Below, in pieces: positions 54,131 to 64,000 of a DNA stretch of 64,000 bases (within the stretch, counting starts at the first letter, position 1; the number at the start of each line of letters is the position of its first letter). The DNA is taken from contig CM022666.1 in NCBI GenBank assembly GCA_012295275.1, positions 8,804,001 through 8,868,000 of the forward strand, given 5' to 3'. Under the pieces are notes generated by a model. It searched no databases. It saw only the letters and a program-made list of their open reading frames with translations, and had not been told where the DNA came from. This stretch comes from Chrysomallon squamiferum. Lineage: Eukaryota; Animalia; Mollusca. A program made the position numbers and the translations under genes.

Positions 54131-55717
54131 GATTACTGCAGGTATTACGTATTAGGTAAACACCGTTTTACTTGTGTGGGTTTTCTTTTGCTTTTATTTA
54201 TTTATTTATTTATTTATTTATTATTATATACTGGAATTTGTTACCCACATACAGTTATTTGTGGTTGGTGGGGGTGGTTTTGGGGGGGTTCAACTTTTAT
54301 TATGTTTATGTTTTATCATGCTTAACATAAATATGCATACAAATTTGCAGACACACAACACATTCACACGAACACATAAAAAACACACACACGTACAAAC
54401 ACACAAACACACACATATATATATATAGCCATTACAAAATCAAAACATTTAATAAATTAATTATGTAAACAGAAATATATTGCACACACATGGATGCGTA
54501 CGCACAGAAAAAACACATAATAAACGCATACAGCAATTACAAACACTCCACAAACAAAACATCATAAATCTTTTCTTTCACCAAGAAATAAACAAACAGA
54601 CAGACAGACAGAGAGACAATCATCCAATGCATCAGCACATACTTAAACACATTCGTGTTACCGAGTGCGATGTCAGTCAATTATGACGTCACATCGTACG
54701 ATGATGCAGCGGGTCAATAGACGCAGGCTGAGCCGCACAAAGAACGTGGTTGTTTTGAAAGACGATATTCCCTTGTTATACACACCACATCCTCGTTTTA
54801 TTATCCAGTCCCATCATTAACCTGGGTTTTCAACCGCTTCGTCATTTGCAATCGTTTCGTTTCTTTTTATTCAAATTGATTTCCGATTTTATATTGCACC
54901 GGAGTTAAACGGTAGCGTCATCAAATTTCGTAATGGTAGGTTTGATTGGACAATAATTATAGACCGTGCGCCCCATTCTTTATTTCCAAACAACTAGCAG
55001 TCGATAAACGGAGAATTCCTTTCCTTCTTTTCATTTGTTCTGGCGTCCATTTTCAACAGCGCTTCAAAGAAATGCTACGCTTTTACCACGTACCATAGAT
55101 TTCTCCAATTATGTGTGTGTGCCCCAAGTCGATATATCTATTTTCTTTTTCTTTCCAGTAGAATGTCTAACATTAATTTTTTGATTCTTTATATTTCACA
55201 TTTTTCTGTTTTCTTTGTTTTTCTTTTCCTTTTCTTTTCTTTTTCTTTTTTCTTTTTTTTTTTTTTTTCTTTATTATTTTATCTTGTTTGATTTCTTTAT
55301 TTTTTATTATTAATTTTTTTTTTAAAAGAAAGAAAAAACAATAACCGAAAACACAAAACAAACCCAGAAAGAAGCATTACATATAATTAGCACAAGTATT
55401 TTGAATAATATGCATGTATGTGTGAGTTTGTATGTATTGTATGCGTATGTATGTGTGTACGTGCGTATGTGTGTGTGCATGTATGTATGTATGTATGTAT
55501 GTATGGGTGTATGTAGTGTGCATGTATTTGTGTGATGGTATATATGTATGTTTCTGTGTATGTGTGTAGGTATGTATTTATGTATGTGTTTATGTATGTA
55601 TGAGTGTATGTGTGTATGTATGTATATTTTTGTGTATGTATGAATGTATCTATTATGTATATGTATAGTTATATATCTGTTAATGTACGTATATATGTAA
55701 GTAATAAAATAACTTAC

Positions 55718-55814
55718 GTCCGTCTCGGTTTTTATCCATTCGTTTAAAAATGAACAAGTTACACATCAGCTCATTCAGTCGTAAAGCCAGAACGTGCAAG
55801 TCGTCTGAGCAGAC
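55718..55814 (-). CDS. Weak candidate internal exon ending in an EF-hand-like half loop
   Basis: Open frame ...LFIFKRMDKNRDG followed at once by C|GTAAGT. Possible acceptor CTCGTGCAG upstream. No partner exon found. Confidence 0.15.
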
Positions 55815-55856
55815 CTGCACGAGCGATGAGTGATCCAGTGACACTCGTTTGAAAAC

Positions 55857-55921
55857 CTCGGTTAGCTCAGTCAACGAGACCTTGCCCGAGATGTCACGGG
55901 TTCCCGGGTCAACCCTCGACT
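55857..55921 (+). mobile_element. Possible tRNA-derived relic
   Basis: GGTTAGCTCAGTC (A-box-like) ... GGTTCCCGGGTCAACCCTCG (degenerate variable arm/T-arm). Invariant GG and TTC are lost, so this is not a functional tRNA. Confidence 0.25.
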
Positions 55922-58049
55922 GTTCATCTGTTAACTATTTCAACCAATCATCGATTAACCGCATGCTACAAAGAGAGTGGTGTGTGTTTAATGTTTATGG
56001 GATCTTTTTTTATTAGTATATCGTTATTGTGTTTAATTATGTGTTGTATATTTATATTTAACAAACGTTGGTATTAATAAGATATGTAGAGATATTTTAT
56101 GTTGTAGGTTTTGTTCTTTTTCATCTTTTTAAAATTTTATTTTAATTTATTTACTTATTCTTTTTTTATTTTATTTTATTTTATTTTATTTTTTTCGTGG
56201 ATTTTATATAAAGGTTAAAATATCTAGACAATTTACGTACTTGTTCATGTTCGTTTGAGGGGCAGATTTAGTAGCAGACCCTTGTTGATGGGTCAACGCG
56301 TTATGTCATGACAATTCCCACTATTACTAGTTATACAGACACACACCCAGACAATGAGAATATAATTTCAAAAATCAAATTCTTTCCTTCATAATAAAAT
56401 ATACATTGGTCGGGAATTACAAACGAGATGGGATCTGGCTGCGATCATTTCCCATAATTCTGTCTGATCAATTACAAGGAAAGAAATAAGCAGACGACAG
56501 TTATTTAAAGCCGTAAACATGATAATGTTTGTATAAATATAAATTCTAAAAGTATAATTTAAAAATTAATCATAAAAATTACGGTACTTACGTCATAATT
56601 TCATCTTGTCTTGTTTCCAGATGATAGAGATGACAGTCCTTGTTCAAAATACCAGAAGTGTTTAACTGAGTCCGTATGTCCAGTAGCTAATCCATTTGAT
56701 AATCTCCTGACATTCAAAGGAAAGAGCTGTTACAGGTTTCCTCTCTAGTGTATATGACAATATAAAATCCAAGACAGCAGTACACAATAATAAGAAGAAA
56801 CAATTTAGCTTTCTGCTTTCAAAGAATTTGTTAATAATATTACTTCTACTATGCTACTACTACGACTACAACGACTATTACATCAAACAAATTTATAAGT
56901 AAATAAACAAATTAACTAATAAACTATCAAACAAATACGTAAATAAACAAACAAACAAACAAATAAGTAAGTAAACAAAAAAAAAAGCAAGCAAACAAGC
57001 GAGCAAACAAACAAACAAACAAAAAAGTAATCTAGAAAATTGCTTCTTTATAAAAGCTTTCTGCTATATCCACACTTAACCGCAGTTTAAACAAATTATA
57101 CTCTCGCCAAAAAAATCAAATAATAAAATAAAAAAAATCAGCAATTTCCCACGGCACACTGAAACTTTCTTCGTTTGCATATTTCATGCGAGAAATAGAA
57201 AACGTCTACATATGACAATATATCGCATTGTTATGAAGTGAAAAATACGTCTGGATGGTACACACAGGCAAATGGTGTTGATTTCCAGCGAATCACAAGA
57301 GAAACAAAAGAATGTCTAGTTTGTCAATTGTGGCTATTATTCCAGTACGTGATGCAGTGTATGGCTAACTGCACTGAGTATAACAATGGCCGTATCACAC
57401 ACACAGAAACAGACAATACGAAATAGACAACAGCCCGCTTGGAAATTGACCCTATTCAATACAGACCGTGTAGTTGATGAATACGTTTTTCCCTGGAAAT
57501 ATGCTTTTCTGATGTAGATTATTGAATGGTTACATTATGGGACTTTGTCAGTGCCTTCGTGGCGGGGGGTATGTTTGCGTGAGAGAGAGAGATACATACA
57601 GAGAATCAGTTTCAGAGAGAAGATAGGAGATAAAAATGTTGAAAAGAAAGTGAGAAAAACAGACTGACATGTAGACAGTTGACAAGCAGAAATAACCCAA
57701 TCAATAGAAAGATAGAGATAAAAATATAGTTAGGAAAACCGAAGATAGATAGATATGCATGAAGACAGATAGATAGATAGGTAAAGAGGTATAGAGATAG
57801 ATACATAGACAGACACACAGATAGATAGACAAGAAAAAAGAGAAAAAAATAATCAAAACTGTTCATGGTAATTAAATGCTATCAGTATACGCTTGGTTTC
57901 TTGATGTATAAGATACTTCATTATTTAACAATATAAAGTCAGATACACTTACACAGTATAACAAAGATTTTGACTAATTATACTGATTCAGTTTAGAGAT
58001 GTGTTTGAACACTACGGCAAAGGAAACCAATTGATTTGCATAGACTAAT

Positions 58050-58355
58050 TGTATTTCTAAAACAAATTAATTAACTCTTGAATCACCAACACCACTAAAA
58101 CGATTTACTAAACTGGATTACTGCGTAGGCCACTTGTAACAAATTAATGAACTTGAATTATGAAGCAGAGCACCTGACGGATTTAGCTAAATTTGCGTAG
58201 ATCATAAACTGAGTTGTATATCAATAACAAATTAACTCTTAAATGACAAAAACTACCAATACGATTAACTGAACATTTTTAAGTATCACCAAAACAAATT
58301 GGTAAACATCAGTTATAAAAATCACAAAAACGATTTGACTAAACTGGTTTATGAG
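58050..58355. repeat. Old degenerate tandem duplication
   Basis: AAACGATTT(G)ACTAAACTGG at about 58098 and 58328; AACAAATTAA(TTAA)CTCTT at about 58060 and 58227. Confidence 0.65.
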
Positions 58356-60398
58356 ACCGCCTGGCTATTATATCCCTTATCTACACATGCTTAACTCAGC
58401 CAATTTCACGTTGCTATGGAAATGCTCTCTAGCAACGGTTTATCTAATTTAATGAGTAATGACTGTTAAAACAGATTAAAATAATTTATTGGTTAATTAA
58501 AACATGTTAACTAAACTGATATAAATAAGAAATGGTTTAACCCATAGGTGATCTGTAAACTTTCATCATCTAACAGCAGTTTGACTAAATTTATTACAAC
58601 CAAATGGTACCTCGACTTACTGTGCCCCAACTTACGAGTTTTTCGATTTACGAGCAGTCGCCCTGTCGATTTTTGCTTCGAGTTGCGAGCCAAAATCCGA
58701 GTTATTTGGTGCAACGAACAACATAAGATCCGGCCAGCATCCCACGTGTCACTCGTTTACTTCACGTGGTTACCTCGCCGCGGAAACATCTCTGCTGTTG
58801 TGCTCGCGTTTTGTGCAGTATTTTGCCAAATTTCTTTTTTCTGGCCAGGGATCCTAAAAACGTTAGTGCAAAGGACAATGCTAAGAAGAAGAAGCGGATG
58901 ATGTCCATTGAATCTAGGCAGTAATAGTGTTGTACTTCTACGATATGTATCATACTAAAGCTGGAGGAGTCGATAAAGGCTGTAACTCCAGCCAAAGGCG
59001 TTAAAATAATTTGTCTGACCTCCAAGATGAATACACTTTACAAACCAATTTATTTCTTTACATTTTTTTTTTTTTTTTTTTTTATACAATATTTGTCATT
59101 TATAAATAATACATTTTTCTTATTTAAAAATACGTTGGAAAAATAAATAAAATGGGGTGGTTTTGGGGGGCAGGAACGAATTAATGGTATTTCAATTAAT
59201 TTCAGTTGGGAAAACTGATTTGATATACGAGCAAATTGAGAAACGAGTTCGGTCACGGAACGAATTAAACTCGTAAGTCAAGGTACCACTGTAATTGCTT
59301 CAAGAAGGGGTTTAACGACAGCGATTTCAGCAAAGCGATTGAATCGCCAAGTTTTAATGCTGTATAAATCGGTTTAACTAAAATGGATTTAAATTATAAA
59401 AGCGTCAGTGTAGCTTGCAAGTTAAAGTCGAATTAGTTGATAAAGAATGAAGATAATAAAGGCTGACATATTTATTCTGTAAATTTTCCACAACAAAAAT
59501 CCTTCCAACCAACAAAGACTATAAAAATAATAATAGCAATAAAAAGTATTGTAATTAATAATTCACAATCAAAACATATGTAATATATTAATTTATTAAT
59601 TGATTAATGGTATACTTTATGACATATTCTGTGTATTAAATAATACTTCAACATTTTCTGTCATGAATTTGCTTTTTTAGAAAGCTCGCTGTAAGTATTT
59701 ATAAATCGACAAATAGTCACATTAAAATGTAGAAGTAGTCAGATAAAAATCTTGTGTGTTCTTGTGATGTAACTTTATAACCAGGTTGTAGCTGTCAAAC
59801 TAAAATTATTGCTTTTTGGAATCTAGTTTTGATGCAAAGTGGCAGTCTTCTTGTCACATGATGAATTCCTAGAAAAGTATTATTACTGCTTTTCACTGAG
59901 CTTGTTAAAGTCAATTCTGTATTGTATATGAACGATAATCCCGCATAATATAAGGATAAACATATTGACATTTTGGGAACAGTTGTTCAAACGAAAATTA
60001 ACATTCACGAATGTGGCAGTTCTCCTACGAAGGTTGTCGTGTTTTCCCTTGTGACTGTAATGGTCGTATAATATTTTTCTTAATGTATTTTATGAACGCA
60101 CGAAATAATCGATGTTAAATAACAATTAGTAAAAAAAAAAAAAAAAAAAACAAAAAAAAACATGTATGTTTTTGGAAAGTAGTTGTATAAAACTGAATGA
60201 ATGTGTTTATTTCATCCAGATCATCATCATTATCACTATCATCTTCATTTTCCAGTTTGCTGAAAGTCTTTTCATTGTTCGGGCTGAAAGGAGATTTTCA
60301 CGAATATGGAGAAGAAAAGGAAGAAACAGAGGCGTGAAGGCGGCCTGTAAGTGGCATCAGTCAAATGTCCGTGTACGCTGGGTATACAAAGGTGCAGA

Positions 60399-60429
<31 letters not shown>

Positions 60430-60536
60430 AAAATAATTTTTTTTACTGGATTGTTGAATTTTGTTGTTCCTGTTTGGTTTTCCAAGTTTCTGTTTTTCTG
60501 ATGCAGATGTGTGTTTGTGTGGGGGGAGTGTATGTT

Positions 60537-60679
<143 letters not shown>

Positions 60680-61672
60680 CAGAAAAACATACAGTTAGAT
60701 AGAGAAAGAGTAAGATATGCTTGTGGGTCACAGAGAGAGCGAGACAGAGCTAAATACAGAGAGAATGAATGAAATAGAGATAGTGTGTTTGTGTATTATA
60801 GTAGAGAGAGAAAGAGCAGGGGCAGGAAATGTATTTCGAAATGCCGCATTATTTAAACTCCAGTACACAAGAACAGAATTTAAACGACAAATAATAATAA
60901 CCGTTCATCAATAACAAGAAATGACGTCACGATAAATGAAGCCTATGACATCATAAAAACTCGTCTCTAAGGAAACTCTTGGAAAATCATTTTTAACAAA
61001 ATACTTTTAACGCTAGAGATATTTTTCTTTCTTGTACTTCGATTTTCTTTTCAGTATTTTTTTTTCTCTTAAAAACTATAATTGTACTGTCACATAAAAT
61101 TTGCTATGCACGTCTTAATCAAGAAAGACGACAACATATAAACGTACGAGGCTTTGGGCTCAGTCGAAGCTGAATTAATTCTCCTTGCTTCGCTGAAAAG
61201 AAAACCTGGAAGGAACAAAATTGCTGCCCTGAGTCTTGCAGCTGATGCTGATAAGTCGCCATTGAATGCAAACAATACACTTTTCACGTCTTTTCAGGCA
61301 CTTTTCAATTCCAGGTTTTAAATGTTGGAAACTCATTTCCGCCTCCGTGACGTCACAAATTTCGGAACAAAGCGGAACGTTATCGATGATCGGTTGGCAT
61401 AGAAGCGACGTTTTAGTGTTGCTGGTGGCCCCCGAGTGTCTCTGAATAAAACCACTGACAGACTTTGTTGGGCAAAAATGTGACGGCTTTTGTGTGTGGA
61501 ATGAGGAATAAGATAGCGATAGAATTACTGCGATATCCAGTGTCCACTGATACCAGCGAAATAGATACGTACAAATCAAAGATGATTGTCATAGAAACCA
61601 GTGTATCAATTGTTAACGTGAGCTTTTTTCTTCTGTACATGTATGTTCAGGTATTAAAGAAGAATGAATAAA

Positions 61673-61710
61673 TGGATGGATAGATGGATGGATGGATGGA
61701 TGGATGGATG
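61673..61710. repeat. (GATG)n microsatellite
   Basis: Directly visible. Confidence 0.93.
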
Positions 61711-62026
61711 GCAGGATGGTAGATGAGTTTATGAATGCATGAATATATACTGAGTATATGCTATTTACATGTGCATGTGTATCTGAGAGAGAGAGTGTTC
61801 ATATGTGATTGAATGTGTGTGTCTATATATGGATATATATATAGGTAATACATACAGAGAGGCAAATATACATACATATATATACATACATACATACATT
61901 AAAAAATGCATGCATGCATATATACATACATACATATATACATCGGTATAATAAATTTTATGCGGATATATGAATGGTTAAGCATTTAGTTATTTATCAT
62001 CATCATCCTCATCATCATCATCATCA

Positions 62027-62073
<47 letters not shown>

Positions 62074-64000
62074 TCTCTTTCTGTCTGTCTGTATCTCCAT
62101 TATTCCGCATTTATACGATGTTTACCAAGCTTGACGCAAAACGAACAACAGAATTTTTTGAAAAACCATGCAAAGTAATCACAGTAACCATTATTAAAAA
62201 GTCATTATGCCTTAACAACAAACAACAATATGTTATTGACGACACCTAGATTCTCCTACATAATACAGAACATTGTGTGTGTGGGCCTTTAGAAAAGAGA
62301 AAAGAATAAAAATCGCTAACTCTTTTCATCTAAACAATGACAAAAACGCGAGCACGAAAATGACGGAATTATGAAATGCGACCATAGAAAAATGGAGGAA
62401 TTATGAAACACGAACGACAACTATTACTGCACGTACCGTTGCGCGAGATGCAGGGACAAAAGATCGCGAAAATTGTTTGAGTTTCTCGAACAATCCGCAT
62501 TGTTTGGTAAGACAATAACGTTTTTGTTCATCTCATAACCTTTCTGGCATCGATCAGAGACGAGTATAGATTAGTTTAATTCGCTTGTAGATTTATGTTC
62601 TCAATTCTTTTGTGGATATTCTTTATTTTTTATTTTTTCTGCTGTTGTTCATTACTGATTATCGTGAAGTGGATGGAGAGCTAATTTGAGGTCTGTATCG
62701 GTGTTCTACCAGCTCCAGTAATTACGAACACGTACATCTGTTTCTGCAGAAAAATATTTGTTTTAAAAGGAAAAATAAATAATCAGTGATTGAAATGAAG
62801 AGGTATGCATTCAGACAAGGTTACCCAATTTTTTGTTTTGTTTTGTTTTTTTAATTTCTAGTTTATGTCAAATTTCTGTTCTAATATGGAATCAGAGACG
62901 TTTATTTAGAAAGCAATAATGCAAGTGGAAATATTTCATTATATATCGTTATCAAATATCAATAAATTTCAAATTGAGTTAACCCTGCGTCCTCAGGTCA
63001 GAAATAAATGATAATGAAAAACCTCAGCATTATAGTGTCTACTTCTTTTTCCTTTTTCCCAATAGCATCCTCAGGGAATTTTGTGTACCATAAATTCATA
63101 AAACACATTTCCATCAGTGCAAATAACCATATAATTGTTTGAGGTTCTGTGTTTCTTAGAATGAATATATTTATTTAAAATAAAATAAATGTTCGTTGTC
63201 TATACGTCAGAAAATACTTAGCCTGAGAAAGTTTTCTGATTGTAATAAAGGGAATTACAGCCACGCAATGACTCAGTGCTATACTAAACGCGCAGTTCCA
63301 GTCAACCAGGCAGATGTCAAGGAAGTTTTGGAAGTTAAATTTAGTATTTGGTTTTTTCCTAATTAATGTCGCACAGTTTTTGAGTTCTCTTTTAACAGAT
63401 ATTCTCTTAGCAGTGCATGCACAACACGGCACGCCTCTTTTCACATGTTTCGGCAAACATCGGTCGCCGTTTTCTGACCTACGTTATGACGTGTCTTACA
63501 TGTAATCCAGACCTTTACGTAAACCAATAACATATTATAGCATACTGAACATTTGATATTACGAAAGTAATATACATAATTATATAGATATCCTATTCGA
63601 ATTTTCAGAATAAACAGTATGAGAATCTTATTAATTCTCTGGGTGAGTGTGCGTGAGGTTTTTTTTTTTTTTAATTAAGACCACTTATAGTAAGTATTAT
63701 GTTTAACGTGTTGATGATGTTTAGAAATGCATGAACAACTTGTGTTTTAGAGTATATTGAAATATCTCATTCCATCGTGGTGTGTAATTAATTGCCAGTA
63801 TCTGCCGATTTTGTAATGAAAATATATTTATTTTTAGATCGACATTACCGATATATTTTTATACAGAGAGCCAAGCTAAACAAACAAACAAAATAACAAT
63901 AAAATTACCTACCTACCTATATGTCTATCTATCTTTTCCCTCTCCACTTTACTCTCACGCCCATACTCTCTCTCTCTCTGTCTCTCTCTCGCTCTCACAC

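Noticed and set aside
61142-61321. Protein-looking open frame YEALGSVEAELILLASLKRKPG...
   Set aside because: Only about 60 codons, bounded by stops, with no ATG, no convincing splice sites and no recognisable family.

Overview
AT-rich eukaryotic (animal) genomic DNA with no protein-coding gene, rRNA, intact tRNA, CRISPR array or intact transposon that I can support. Nearly all listed ORFs are translations of micro- or minisatellites. The window alternates between dense simple-repeat tracts ((TG)n, (GA)n, (AAT)n, (ACT)n, (TACA)n, poly-T) and about 40 short (150-1000 bp) complex, CpG-retaining islands spaced roughly 1.5-1.7 kb apart. The islands carry many textbook metazoan transcription-factor sites: 10 perfect CREs, clustered K50-homeodomain TAATCC sites, a perfect RFX X-box, a near-perfect CTCF core, POU/MORE, CLEAR/E-box and DR1. 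The best reading is a gene desert or giant intron next to a developmental regulator. Also present are five minisatellite arrays (29, 47, ~70, ~77 and 42/54 bp units), a dispersed CRE+DR1 repeat relic in at least 3 copies, and decayed tRNA-derived/MetaSINE-like fragments. Those fragments suggest a mollusc, but this comes from recalled consensus and is unverified. A few weak minus-strand exon candidates exist, one ending in an EF-hand-like loop. All counts were made by eye.
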